64,000 nucleotides of DNA from a bacterium (GCA_021813125.1 JAKALT010000003.1:7800-71799), one strand, 5' to 3'. Shown: positions 37,204 through 47,552, numbered from the stretch's first letter. Notes: generated by a model from the sequence alone, not told the origin. Numbers and translations: made by a program.

Positions 37204-37818
37204 ATGAGTTTTATTAAACATAAAAAAAGGCTCGCGGATTTATTAAAAGGCATGTCGATTGTCGAAATAACTGCCGCAATTGGCATAATCGGGATAATCT
37301 CGATCATGGTAGTTTCCATATATTTTGCCCATTTTCGGCTTTTTTCCAACCAAAGCAAAACCATAGATATTGCCAACGAAAACCGCATTTCTCTGGACGC
37401 AATAACAAATCAAATAAGGGAATCCAGCGGCGTCGCTTCGTCGTGCTGTAGTGGAAGCTATACTACTTCAAGTACTGTTCTGGTACTCCAGCTTTGGCCG
37501 CTCGACGCAAGCGGAAATCCGATCGATCCGGGGGCTTCAAATTACGATTATATTATTGTGCAAAGAGACATTCTGGAAAACACCAAACTTGTAAGAATTA
37601 CCATACCTAGTGCTACGAGCAGCAGACAGGCAAAAACAGATATCCTTTCTACCGATGTTTCAAATCTACAATTTGCATATCTTGACTCAAACGAACAACC
37701 GGTGGCAGATCAAACCCTGGCATCGGAAGTAAAAGTCACACTCACCAACACATCTGTCCAATTTGGAAAAACCTATGCACAAACCCAGGAAACCAAAGCG
37801 GTCATAAGGAATAAATGA
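37204..37818 (+). CDS. Type IV minor pilin (PilW-like)
   Basis: KG|MSIVEI, TM, C-terminal AVIRNK. Confidence 0.83.
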   Translation: MSFIKHKKRLADLLKGMSIVEITAAIGIIGIISIMVVSIYFAHFRLFSNQSKTIDIANENRISLDAITNQIRESSGVASSCCSGSYTTSSTVLVLQLWPLDASGNPIDPGASNYDYIIVQRDILENTKLVRITIPSATSSRQAKTDILSTDVSNLQFAYLDSNEQPVADQTLASEVKVTLTNTSVQFGKTYAQTQETKAVIRNK

Positions 37819-39047
37819 AAAAAGTTGTCAGTTCATCCAAGAACCAAAATGGCCAGGTTTTAATAATTGCTATAATTTTTATGGCAGTCATCCTGATTCT
37901 CTCGGCAGCAATGCTCTCTAAAGTCGGTAATTACCTTCGTTTCGGCGCAAATTCCGTCCAAGGCGAACAGGCAATTGAGTTAGCCGAAGCAGGCGTAGAC
38001 AACACCATCTGGCAACTTAATAAAAACGGAGGAATTTGCCCTGCTGCGTGTACAAACGAAACACAATTGGGAGCAATTGGGACATTTAAAGTGACCGTTG
38101 TCGACAACTCTCTTACCCTAAAAACAGTCACATCAACTGGTTACGTGCCAAATTCCACAAATCCCAAAAAGAAAAGGACAATAAAAGTTCAAGTCCAGGT
38201 GGATAATACTCAAATTGCATTCCATTACGCAGCGCAGACCGGCGACGGAGGACTCTATATGTCAAATTCTGCATATATTGATGGTAGTGTTTATTCAAAC
38301 GGAAACATTTACTGGGGCGGCACAGGAAATAGTATGATAATCAACGGCGCAGCATATGCAGCAGGCCCAACAATCCAGTCCCCCCCTATAACTGTCAATG
38401 ACCCGCCGCCGCATCCAAATGCATCACCTCAACCGCTACCTACAGTTGATTATGCTCATTGGGAGGAAGAGTCAGTAAAAACAAACGACATAGTTACCTG
38501 TTCCCCTACATGCGTTATCAACAGCTCCCAGTCAATTGGTCCGCGTAAATACGTTGGCGACGTCACCATACAAAGTAACGTAACGATAACTGTTACAGGA
38601 CCCATCTGGGTAACAGGTAATTTCGCAATTGGAACTGGAAACGCCACTGTCAAGCCGGACCCAGGCTTTGGCTCAAACGGCGTAGTCTTACTTGTCGGTG
38701 ATCCAGCCAATCCCTCAAGCGGGAAAGTATCCTACACACAAGGCGGTACCTTTGAAACCACCGGTGCCAATCCGCCAGGGTACATACTTGTTGTTGCCCG
38801 TTCAAAAGCTGATGATGCAATAACTATTGCCCAATCTGGAGCAACAGCAATATTTTACGCGCTAGACGGCGGTGCCACCTTAACTCAATCTGCATCTGTT
38901 GCTGCCCTTGCTTCAAAAAAAGTGATAATGACACAAACCGCAAGTCTGCATTTTATAACCGGCCTTGGCAGTACGAGCTTTTCTTCCGGTCCCGGCGGAG
39001 CTTGGGTAATCAAAAAAGGCACATACAAGCAGACACTCTCTCTGTGA
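37815..39047 (+). CDS. Type IV minor pilin (PilX-like)
   Basis: QNG|QVLII without Glu5, QAIELAEAGV, TVTSTG, Gly/Thr-rich beta C-terminus. Confidence 0.83.
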   Translation: MKKVVSSSKNQNGQVLIIAIIFMAVILILSAAMLSKVGNYLRFGANSVQGEQAIELAEAGVDNTIWQLNKNGGICPAACTNETQLGAIGTFKVTVVDNSLTLKTVTSTGYVPNSTNPKKKRTIKVQVQVDNTQIAFHYAAQTGDGGLYMSNSAYIDGSVYSNGNIYWGGTGNSMIINGAAYAAGPTIQSPPITVNDPPPHPNASPQPLPTVDYAHWEEESVKTNDIVTCSPTCVINSSQSIGPRKYVGDVTIQSNVTITVTGPIWVTGNFAIGTGNATVKPDPGFGSNGVVLLVGDPANPSSGKVSYTQGGTFETTGANPPGYILVVARSKADDAITIAQSGATAIFYALDGGATLTQSASVAALASKKVIMTQTASLHFITGLGSTSFSSGPGGAWVIKKGTYKQTLSL

Positions 39048-41257
39048 AACTCAACGTTTCGAAAAAAATTCTTGCCACAATCATAATCTCGATATTTCTG
39101 TTTCTTATTAAAACTAATTCTGCCTTAGCAGATAATTATAATTTAATACCAAATCCATCATTTGAATTCGGAACATCAAGCCCACTTGAATGGGAAACAA
39201 ATAATTCCTCTACATGTATTAATAGCCAAAACACACCCCAATCATCTTTTGAATGGTCATCAGAAATCACGCAAAGCGGCTCGCAATCGCTTGCTCTAAA
39301 AAACATCTACTGGGAAGATATCTATAATCCAGATATTCCTGGACTATGGATTACAAGCAACTACATTGAAACTCCCCGTAACCCAAAAGGGTATGAGTTC
39401 AGTACATGGGTATATGCTAGCAAAAATAACCACTCTATCTACCCCCGCCTTACTGTGTGTACCTATGACATAAATAACAAGCTTTCAACTCAAAGTGAAA
39501 TCACTTTAAATGAAATCCCAGAAGCTGAAACTTGGTTTGAACTAAAATCAGTGCTGATACTTTCCGACCCAAAGATTAAAATAATTCTTGGTTCTAGATG
39601 TTCTTATGAGCCTCCGCAGCAAACTGTACCACCATGTACAGGTTCTTTATGGTTTGACAATACAACAGTAAGACCTATTAACTCAATGATTGCACATACC
39701 TTTAACGATATAAATGAAGATAGTAACCTTAATTGGGGTGAAGAAAATTTAACGCAATGGGAAGTTTCATTGTATCAAGATAGCGACTGCACCAATAATC
39801 ACATCAAAACAACTGGCTGGACAAACAAAAACGGCGATATCATTTTCACCGTCTATAGTATCTTCCCTCCAACATCATTTCCACCAGGTAATTACTCAAT
39901 ACAGCAAACATTCAGAATGTTAAAAACAACCCCATATGCACACGTCGTAGATGCCCGAGATGAGGGATGGATTAACACTACACCAACCTGTCAAAACGTA
40001 ACCTTAAACGACGGGGAAACACCAGCAGTCTACTTCGGCAACTATAAAGCCCCTTCTTTCCCCTATCTCAGCCAGCTCGACCCGGCGTGGAAAGATCTAA
40101 CGTACGATCATGCATCCACCTCAAACCCGTTTTTTTGCGGAACAACAATTGGCGGTTGCGGATGCGCCATAACCTCTTCTGCAATGTTGCTTAAATACTA
40201 CGGAGTTACAAAAGCCCCGGACGGTTCAGAAACCAACCCCAACACCCTAAACACATGGCTGAAAAACAACAGCGGCTACGCTTTTGGCGCCCTAAAGTGG
40301 AATTCCATAGCCGCCTATTCCGTCAAAGCCAACGAGGTATTTGGAACCCAAAAAATCCGCTTTGTGGGAACCGGTGCAGCAAATGATTTTACAACTCTGG
40401 ATTCAGACCTATCCAACAGTAAACCCGACATCATCTCCGAACCCGGCCATTTTATCGTCGCAACCAAAAAGGACGGTACAGATTACGGAATCGCCGACCC
40501 TGCTTACAAAACCAGAACAACTCTGGCTTCCTATTCAAATAGTTTCACTGGAATAAGAAGGTACGAAAAAACCAATACCGACCTAAGCGCGATTTACATC
40601 TCAACCCCTACTCCGAACGATTTGTTTATCACCGACTCCCTGGGAAGATCCACCGGCAAAAATCCCGACACCGGTGAAATCTTAACCCAAATCCCCAATT
40701 CACATTATTTCGTTGAGCCCTCGTTTACAGACCAAACAGATCCCAACTCTCAAGTACCAAGCTCGGGTGTAACCACCCTTGTCATCATTAATCCGGGCGA
40801 GGGAACTTTCAACCTTAACTCTAAATTCGGCCCAATCGATATTTCTGCCTACGACACGCTCGGCAATATCCAAGTTAAAAATTTCTCAACTATCGAACCG
40901 GACACATTTGAACTAAATTACTCAGCAGTTACTGGATCCGATTTCAACGTTTATCAAAAAGTTTCTATCGACTTAAAACCTCAAAATTTGAATAAAGGGA
41001 ACGGGGTTTTCCCGCTGGTAATTAAATCCGACGATAACTTCAACGTCCAGGATATCGATTTTCAGTCAATACGACTTACACCTCCCCAAATCTCGCCTAT
41101 TAAGTTTCCGTTGTTAATTTCAAGTGGCAAAGATTCAAAAAAAGACATGCAAATTTTCTTTCTTGCAAGCCAAATTCCGCCAAACGAAAATCTTTGTTTA
41201 ACTGGCCTAACAGTCGATAATATCGCCTTCAAAAGCTGCAGCACTTTTCCCTTGTAA
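39044..41257 (+). CDS. Secreted multidomain protein with C39-like cysteine peptidase domain
   Basis: GTGA overlap with pilX-like gene; signal peptide ALA-D; NLIPNPSFE CBM-like domain; SdrD-B-like FNDINED; LSQ.DP.W, GCGCAITSSAM, GHFIV, IADP. Confidence 0.8.
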   Translation: MKLNVSKKILATIIISIFLFLIKTNSALADNYNLIPNPSFEFGTSSPLEWETNNSSTCINSQNTPQSSFEWSSEITQSGSQSLALKNIYWEDIYNPDIPGLWITSNYIETPRNPKGYEFSTWVYASKNNHSIYPRLTVCTYDINNKLSTQSEITLNEIPEAETWFELKSVLILSDPKIKIILGSRCSYEPPQQTVPPCTGSLWFDNTTVRPINSMIAHTFNDINEDSNLNWGEENLTQWEVSLYQDSDCTNNHIKTTGWTNKNGDIIFTVYSIFPPTSFPPGNYSIQQTFRMLKTTPYAHVVDARDEGWINTTPTCQNVTLNDGETPAVYFGNYKAPSFPYLSQLDPAWKDLTYDHASTSNPFFCGTTIGGCGCAITSSAMLLKYYGVTKAPDGSETNPNTLNTWLKNNSGYAFGALKWNSIAAYSVKANEVFGTQKIRFVGTGAANDFTTLDSDLSNSKPDIISEPGHFIVATKKDGTDYGIADPAYKTRTTLASYSNSFTGIRRYEKTNTDLSAIYISTPTPNDLFITDSLGRSTGKNPDTGEILTQIPNSHYFVEPSFTDQTDPNSQVPSSGVTTLVIINPGEGTFNLNSKFGPIDISAYDTLGNIQVKNFSTIEPDTFELNYSAVTGSDFNVYQKVSIDLKPQNLNKGNGVFPLVIKSDDNFNVQDIDFQSIRLTPPQISPIKFPLLISSGKDSKKDMQIFFLASQIPPNENLCLTGLTVDNIAFKSCSTFPL

Positions 41258-41303
41258 AGGGCAGGCCTTTGTACAGCAAAATCATAGGTTAAGGCCTGCC
41301 CTT
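41257..41303. repeat. REP-like hairpin
   Basis: aagggcaggcctt-21nt-aaggcctgccctt; degenerate copy at 41318-41339. Confidence 0.88.
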
Positions 41304-41387
41304 AGCTAAGGTACATGAAGGTCTAGGAGCCCTGACCTTAGGGTAAAGGGTTGTAAATTCCCCCTTTAATCCGCTAAACTTACCTCT

Positions 41388-41576
41388 ATGGCAAAGTCAA
41401 AAAGAGTCTTGTTTCAGTTGCAGTGCACTGTTTGCAAATCCAAAAATTATACAAACAGCAAAAACCCGGACAACATCGCCCTAAAACGCAAAAGCCAGGA
41501 CACTAAACTAAACCTCAAAAAGTTCTGCAAACGCTGCAGAAAAGTAACGGAGCATAAAGAAGTCAAAATCGCCTAA
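41388..41576 (+). CDS. rpmG: 50S ribosomal protein L33
   Basis: LQCTVCKSKNY..KN..LNLKKFCKRCRKVTEHKE. Confidence 0.95.
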   Translation: MAKSKRVLFQLQCTVCKSKNYTNSKNPDNIALKRKSQDTKLNLKKFCKRCRKVTEHKEVKIA

Positions 41577-41579
41577 GTA

Positions 41580-41627
41580 AAGGGCAGGCCTTTGTGCAGC
41601 GAACTCCATTGGTTAAGGCCTGCCCTT
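41580..41627. repeat. REP-like hairpin
   Basis: aagggcaggcctt-22nt-aaggcctgccctt; loop resembles that at 41257. Confidence 0.88.
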
Positions 41628-41672
41628 AACGCAATCTTGCCTCAACGCCCCAAAACCCTTAATCTATAGGTA

Positions 41673-44171
41673 GTGCACAGTATTCATCTCAAATCTAAAA
41701 TCTCAAATCTAAAATCTAAACTAGGTTTTACCTTAATCGAGGTAATGGTGGTTATTGCTATAATCGGCACTTTAGCCAGTATAACCACCTTCGCATTTGG
41801 CAAAAGCAGAGATAAGGGAAACGACGCAAGAAGAAAGGCGGATCTTAAAGCAATCCAGACCGCCGCCGTTTCCTATTACCAGGACCACAGCCAGTTCCCT
41901 CCGGATCCGGCAGCATACCCCGGAAATGTTTTTTCTTCGGACACGGGTGCCGGTTGGCTTCCGGGAATATCAAGCTACATCAACAAACTTCCAAAAGATC
42001 CGCTGCAGGCAGGCATACTTCATATGCTGGCAAGTGTCGCCGGAAATTCAATCCACACCAGCCAAAAACTGTTGGCAGGTATGTTTGCCAAATCAAGCCA
42101 AACGACAAAAGTCACACCTCAAGTTGCAGCAGATACAACTGTGACTTTAAGGCCAGCCGGCGTTGGCTCAAGTACTCAATGGACCCCAATCCCGTCCGCT
42201 CCAAATTATGCTAAGGTAAACGAAGCCGTAGCAGACGGTGCTACTTATGTAAAATCGAATACTAATGGATTCCTCGATCTCTATAAAATCGATCCAAACA
42301 CAATCAGCGGTACGATTACAGGAATTACCGTCAAAGTTGTAACCCGCGGCGACAGTGGCCAAGACCCGATGAGTTATATCTATATCCGCACAGGCGGTAC
42401 CAACTATGCAAGTACCGGCTTCCAAACAGGATCAACCGGAAGTTTCTCAAGTAGCAGCGCAAGTTGGACAACAAATCCCAAAACCGGTGTGGCATGGACA
42501 GCATCGGATATTACCGCACTTGAAATCGGCATACTCAATAGTGGAGGAGCCAGCACCACAGAATTCCGCTATTTAACCCAAGAATATGTGGAGGTAACTT
42601 ACACACCGACTGGCACAACAGTCAATATCAACGCCAACACAACAGACGACACCATCAGGTTTTATGCTAGTGGATACTATCCACCCGACCCCGGCGGGGG
42701 CTGTAGTATTGCTCCTCCTGCTGGATCAACCTACTCTCTGACAGGTCAATACTATACCGGCGGCGGTTATTACAAATACAGAAACTATCTCGCCTTTGAC
42801 ACTTCTTCAGTCCCGGCTGGCTCAACAATAAATTCGGTAACCCTGACGCAAACGGTCTACCTTAAAAACTTGGGGACTAATTTTAATCTCCTAGTCTTAA
42901 ATTATAACTGGGGACCTACTGTTGACTGCACCAGATGGGGAGGTTCACCACCTACCGCCCCACAAGTTGGCAGCCTTGCCACAACAACCCTACCTGCCGT
43001 AGGGTCCACCTTTACAATGACGCTGGCAAATTCTGTTGTTAACACTGGTGGAACAACCTATTTAATGCTCATAAGCGATAGGGATATGGCCAACACAACC
43101 CCAACAGGATTAGAAGCCTTTGGTTCATATAGCGCAGAATCGGCCACCCCACCCCAAATAAGTATCAATTATTCGCCGCCAGCCATGCCGACAGTGACAA
43201 CACATACAGCAACCGGTGTCACATCCACTCAAGCCACTTTAAATGGCAGTGCGACCCCATTTGGGGCAGGGACTAACGGATGGTTTCGCTACGACACCGT
43301 AAACCCAGGTACCTGCAATGACACTTTCGGCACAAGAGCACCATTGAGCGGTTTCAATGATCTTACATTATCAGCAAGCTATTCACAAACTGTCGGCAGC
43401 CTTACACCATCAAGAACTTATTACTTTTGCGCCCTTGCTTCAAATGCCGGCGGCACCGGCTACGGAAGTGTCCTTTCGTTCACAACCTCAGCATCCGCAC
43501 CTACCGGCTCTATATCAGCCTCTCCGACAACCATACCAAGTGGTTTTAGCTCGTCAGTTACCTGGGGCTCCACAGGCGCCACGAGCTGCACTGTTTCACC
43601 AACAGGTTGGACCGGCACTAGCAATCCCGGCCAGTCAACCGGGCCTTTAACATCAACTACCACTTACACCCTAAACTGTACCGGGCCGGGCGGAAGCTCT
43701 ACGCCTGTTTCCGTCACAGTTACGGTCGGCGGTGCAGCAACACCAACTGATATCAAGGCTAATGGGCTTAACGGGCCTATTACCGTAAGCAAAGACGATT
43801 CCGTTGGTATAAGCTGGACTTCCGGCAACATGACAAGTTGTACCGTAACCGGCGGCCCCGGCGGAAGCGGCACTTCCGGCGCCTTTTCCTGGATAGCAAC
43901 AACCACAACTACTTTCAATCTCTCTTGCACAGGGCCTGCCGGCGGCCAAACAGACAGTGTAACTGTAAATGTCGGCGCGGCCGCAGCTTGTCCAAACCTC
44001 AAAAATGTTTATTGCTACATCGTCAACACCGACAGAAGCGCATTTGTTATCTGGGCCGAGCTCGACAACACCAGCGACTCGCAAATCTGGGATCAGCAAA
44101 ACGCCATTTGTAAACGCACACCGCCTTCGGGAACTCCGTACAACTACTGCGTCGAGTCCTCATCGCTTTAA
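41673..44171 (+). CDS. Giant type IV pilin (GspG-like head) with large T/S/G-rich adhesin insert
   Basis: LG|FTLIEVMVVIAIIG, DARRKADL, LPKDP; beta-sandwich, FN3-like and Ig-like repeats; C-terminal YCY..F.IWAELDN..NYCV; leader holds a 7-bp array (41686-41720). Confidence 0.85.
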   Translation: MHSIHLKSKISNLKSKLGFTLIEVMVVIAIIGTLASITTFAFGKSRDKGNDARRKADLKAIQTAAVSYYQDHSQFPPDPAAYPGNVFSSDTGAGWLPGISSYINKLPKDPLQAGILHMLASVAGNSIHTSQKLLAGMFAKSSQTTKVTPQVAADTTVTLRPAGVGSSTQWTPIPSAPNYAKVNEAVADGATYVKSNTNGFLDLYKIDPNTISGTITGITVKVVTRGDSGQDPMSYIYIRTGGTNYASTGFQTGSTGSFSSSSASWTTNPKTGVAWTASDITALEIGILNSGGASTTEFRYLTQEYVEVTYTPTGTTVNINANTTDDTIRFYASGYYPPDPGGGCSIAPPAGSTYSLTGQYYTGGGYYKYRNYLAFDTSSVPAGSTINSVTLTQTVYLKNLGTNFNLLVLNYNWGPTVDCTRWGGSPPTAPQVGSLATTTLPAVGSTFTMTLANSVVNTGGTTYLMLISDRDMANTTPTGLEAFGSYSAESATPPQISINYSPPAMPTVTTHTATGVTSTQATLNGSATPFGAGTNGWFRYDTVNPGTCNDTFGTRAPLSGFNDLTLSASYSQTVGSLTPSRTYYFCALASNAGGTGYGSVLSFTTSASAPTGSISASPTTIPSGFSSSVTWGSTGATSCTVSPTGWTGTSNPGQSTGPLTSTTTYTLNCTGPGGSSTPVSVTVTVGGAATPTDIKANGLNGPITVSKDDSVGISWTSGNMTSCTVTGGPGGSGTSGAFSWIATTTTTFNLSCTGPAGGQTDSVTVNVGAAAACPNLKNVYCYIVNTDRSAFVIWAELDNTSDSQIWDQQNAICKRTPPSGTPYNYCVESSSL

Positions 44172-44204
44172 AAGTGTATATTGTATATAATATTGACTGA
44201 ATTT

Positions 44205-44275
44205 AGGCCTGTCGTTCAGTGGTAGGACTTCGGTCTCCAAAACCGATAACGAGGGTTCGATTCCTTCCAGGCCTG
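44205..44275 (+). tRNA. tRNA-Trp(CCA)
   Basis: AGGCCTG acceptor, TCGGTCT-CCA-AAACCGA, GGTTCGATTCC. Confidence 0.95.
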
Positions 44276-44294
44276 CATATTTTTAGAGTGAAAA

Positions 44295-45392
44295 TTAGTT
44301 TTGATTTTGAGCAGCAGCTACCAACTTCGCCTTATCTTCCGCAATCGCCAATCCGACACCCTTCAAACGAAAGGTATATTTGTGCCCCTCTTCAGAAACC
44401 AAACCACTGGAAAGATAGTCAATTACCCCGATTGGCTTTCTGTCTTCGTTACCCACTATTGCTTCCTGAAGAACTCTTAATCTTGCACTCACTTCATCAG
44501 AACCAATACTGGAATCATTCGGGTCCAGCAAATCGTAACCATAAGTATTTTTTACAAACGTCTGCAAAGCCTGAAACCCGAGAAGGTCACCGTCGTGGTA
44601 TATCTGATAGGCTATCAACTCATTCACGTACTTTTCTTGGAGGCTTGCGGCAAGTCTGGCCGAAGCGTCTAAATTCAAATCAGGGTCGTATCTTTGGTCA
44701 TGTTGAATTCGATAAGCCTTAACTTCATCGGGAGTCATTCCTTGGATGTTTGGATCGTCATCCGGGACAACTTTCAAATTTAAAGCTTCACCAGTCTTTG
44801 GCATCAACTGGCCAAAACCCGCCGCGCCTGCTTCTGATTCCGCAAACGGATCTCCGTGGCTTTCCATACCAATCATCTCAAAAAAAGTATCTTCATTAAT
44901 ATGATATTTGTCGGCATAGTGTTTTATTAGGCCTTCATACTTTCTTAGATTGTTCCAAGCCTCAGGGCTCATACTATCTTGGAAATTCTTCTTTTCGTTT
45001 TCTACTGCCGTATCAATAAGATCTTTCTGATCTTTTGTAACCACACCAAACTCTGTTCTGAAGGTTCCGTCTCCCAAGGGCACAATCTCTACTCCCATTT
45101 TCCCTGTCGACTTTGGGTTTGGGGCACTTAATATATCGTTGATCTTATTAAGTCCAGGAGTCATTGTATCGGCTAAATGACCAAACATCACTCCACCTTC
45201 TTGCCTTGCTGCTTCAACATGCCTCGCTACTGAGGTTGCATCTTCCGTAACTTCCTGCCTAGGGCTGTGCAAATTGGCAGCGCCCTTAGCCACCAAGCCC
45301 AAAACTGTCGCATAAGCAGTCGCTTTCGTTGCCGTTTTTATTGTTCTAAAACCTCTCGCAAGTCTTCCCTCTTTACCTTCACTTTCCGCCAT
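44295..45392 (-). CDS. Membrane-anchored lytic transglycosylase (SLT domain)
   Basis: MESHGDPFAES..GAAGFGQLMPKT, DPDLN, YHDG. Confidence 0.85.
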   Translation of the reverse strand: MAESEGKEGRLARGFRTIKTATKATAYATVLGLVAKGAANLHSPRQEVTEDATSVARHVEAARQEGGVMFGHLADTMTPGLNKINDILSAPNPKSTGKMGVEIVPLGDGTFRTEFGVVTKDQKDLIDTAVENEKKNFQDSMSPEAWNNLRKYEGLIKHYADKYHINEDTFFEMIGMESHGDPFAESEAGAAGFGQLMPKTGEALNLKVVPDDDPNIQGMTPDEVKAYRIQHDQRYDPDLNLDASARLAASLQEKYVNELIAYQIYHDGDLLGFQALQTFVKNTYGYDLLDPNDSSIGSDEVSARLRVLQEAIVGNEDRKPIGVIDYLSSGLVSEEGHKYTFRLKGVGLAIAEDKAKLVAAAQNQN

Positions 45393-45443
45393 AACTTAAT
45401 TCTAACTTGAATCTGGAAAGTTTGCCAGGCATAATACTCCAAA

Positions 45444-46514
45444 ATGGCAAATTTCCAAAACGCCTTAAGCGATAAAAACTTGGACGCGGCAATTATCACA
45501 AACCCCGTAAACATACTCTATCTAACCGGATTTCAGGGAGTTTCTCCGACCGAACGCGAAGCAATTCTGATTGTTAGAAAATCCGCTCCTGCGGTTCTTA
45601 TAACTGCCAAACTTTACCAGGCCGAAGCCCAAAAGCTTAAATCGAAAGATCTTGATATAAAAATTACAGCAGAAAGGCCGGAAGTTGAAAAAGCCATTAA
45701 ATCCGCACTTTCAAAATCCAAAAGAATCGGCTTTGAGCAAGAAAACCTCACCTTTTCCGAATTCAAAAAATTTCAGAAGTTATTAAAAAGAAAATTAACT
45801 CCGGTAAAGGATTTGGTCGAAAATTTAAGAATTATAAAAAATGATAACGAAGCAGCCTATATCAAAAAAGCCCAACTTTTGACCCAAACGGTTTTTGACG
45901 AAATACTAAAAACAATAAAGGCCGGCCAAACCGAATCTCAAATCAAAGACACCCTGGAAAAAATCGCCAAAACCAAAAGCCGCGAGCCTTTGGCTTTTGA
46001 CCCAATCGTTGCCTCCGGCCCCAACAGCGCCCTTCCGCACTATAGAACAGGAAACCGCAAAATCAAAACAGGTGATGCTCTACTTTTCGACTTCGGCCTT
46101 AAATACAAAAACTACTGTGCCGATTTTTCCCGAACAGTTTTTGTTGGCAAAGCGCAAGATGAGCAAAAAAACATTTACACCCTTGTCGCTATCGCCCAAA
46201 AAGAAGCAATAAAAAAAATCAAGGCCAATGTCAGGGCAAAAGATGTCTATCTTGAAGCGTTTAATCTTTTCAAAACAAACAATCTTAGTGAAAACTTTAT
46301 CCACAGTCTGGGCCACGGCATTGGTTTGGAAGTTCACGAAAAACCTTCACTTTACAAAACCAGCAAGGACATTCTTGTTCCCGGTATGGTTTTTTCCGTA
46401 GAACCCGGGCTTTACATGCCATGGGGCGGCGTAAGAATTGAAGATTTGGCGACAATTCAAAACGGCCAAGGTAACGTAATCGGCTCGACTGCAAAGTTCA
46501 TAGAAATCATCTAA
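45444..46514 (+). CDS. Xaa-Pro aminopeptidase (M24B)
   Basis: IVASGPNSALPH, DFG..YCADFSRT, HSLGHGIGLEVHE, EPGLY, GVRIED. Confidence 0.95.
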   Translation: MANFQNALSDKNLDAAIITNPVNILYLTGFQGVSPTEREAILIVRKSAPAVLITAKLYQAEAQKLKSKDLDIKITAERPEVEKAIKSALSKSKRIGFEQENLTFSEFKKFQKLLKRKLTPVKDLVENLRIIKNDNEAAYIKKAQLLTQTVFDEILKTIKAGQTESQIKDTLEKIAKTKSREPLAFDPIVASGPNSALPHYRTGNRKIKTGDALLFDFGLKYKNYCADFSRTVFVGKAQDEQKNIYTLVAIAQKEAIKKIKANVRAKDVYLEAFNLFKTNNLSENFIHSLGHGIGLEVHEKPSLYKTSKDILVPGMVFSVEPGLYMPWGGVRIEDLATIQNGQGNVIGSTAKFIEII

Positions 46515-46536
46515 CCGCTGATGTAAAATGTCATAG

Positions 46537-46938
46537 GTGAATAAAAAACTCCAGGCGCTTATTGTTGCTGCTCTAATAATTGCAGCACTATTGATCTTAT
46601 ATTTGGCACTAGGCCACAAAAAAGTTGTTGCTCCGACAGTTAATAATCAACAAGCGCAAAACATTCTTCCAACTCCAACACCGCCAACATTTTCGGGCCA
46701 AGACGAAATTCTCAAAAACGCCCTTAACCTTTATTTAGAAAAGAAGCGCAAAGGGGTCGACATGGCAAATGGCCCATGCCTGGGAAAAATTGCCGACGAT
46801 TGGGTTTTGGATATAGCCCATAATCCCAAACAAGCTGTCGATAATAAACCTGAAAACCAGTGCGCCGACTATAAGGACGGCCGCGCACATCATTTCATCG
46901 AACTCGACCCGGACGGCAAGCTCATCAGGCAAAATTAA
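46537..46938 (+). CDS. Membrane-anchored hypothetical protein
   Basis: TM, PTPTPP linker, GPCL..DIAH..NQC..HFIELD. Confidence 0.8.
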   Translation: MNKKLQALIVAALIIAALLILYLALGHKKVVAPTVNNQQAQNILPTPTPPTFSGQDEILKNALNLYLEKKRKGVDMANGPCLGKIADDWVLDIAHNPKQAVDNKPENQCADYKDGRAHHFIELDPDGKLIRQN

Positions 46939-46976
46939 AAGTTGTCTTTTTTAAAAAAAACTGCCATCATTAAGTT

Positions 46977-47552
46977 ATGAGGCCGAAGCCGAAGCCTGGG
47001 TTTTTCCTACCTATCCCGATAATTGCCGTATTTGTAATTGTTGTGGGCGGCTTTTTTCTTATTCGATTACTTTGGAAATACACACCCGTTATAAATGCGC
47101 AAATTTCCGACAAATATCTGCTCCCCGGCGAAACCACTTCCAGCTCAATTTCCGACACCGGCAAATGGTTGACCCACACAAACAGCAAATACAACTACAC
47201 TATAAAGTACCCACAAATATTAAGCGGAAAATACAACTACGAAACAAATAATGATCTAATCCTTTCGCGGGAAAGATTTATCTCCAACAAAATCGATATC
47301 ACTTTAACTGTTTACAACAAATTCGACACAAAAGATTTAAAGGATGTAGACAAGGTTGGCACCAACGAATTCTTCTATTATAAAAACGATCTCGATGCCA
47401 AAGGAGTCGTTGTAAAACATAACAATCTCTTCTACGCCATCGAATTTACCCAAATAAATTACTTCACCGAAACCCCTTATTTTTCCAGCTCAACTCAATT
47501 TAAGGAAATCTTTGACCTAATCCTCAAAAACTTCCAGTTTAACGACCAATAA
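46977..47552 (+). CDS. Orphan distant member of the PsbP-like array family
   Basis: KPG|FFLPI, TM, DTGKWLTHTNSKYNYTIKYP, FDLILKNFQF. Confidence 0.75.
   Translation: MRPKPKPGFFLPIPIIAVFVIVVGGFFLIRLLWKYTPVINAQISDKYLLPGETTSSSISDTGKWLTHTNSKYNYTIKYPQILSGKYNYETNNDLILSRERFISNKIDITLTVYNKFDTKDLKDVDKVGTNEFFYYKNDLDAKGVVVKHNNLFYAIEFTQINYFTETPYFSSSTQFKEIFDLILKNFQFNDQ

Noticed and set aside
44205-44295. tRNA-Trp as an island integration site
   Set aside because: No duplicated tRNA 3' end seen downstream and no integrase
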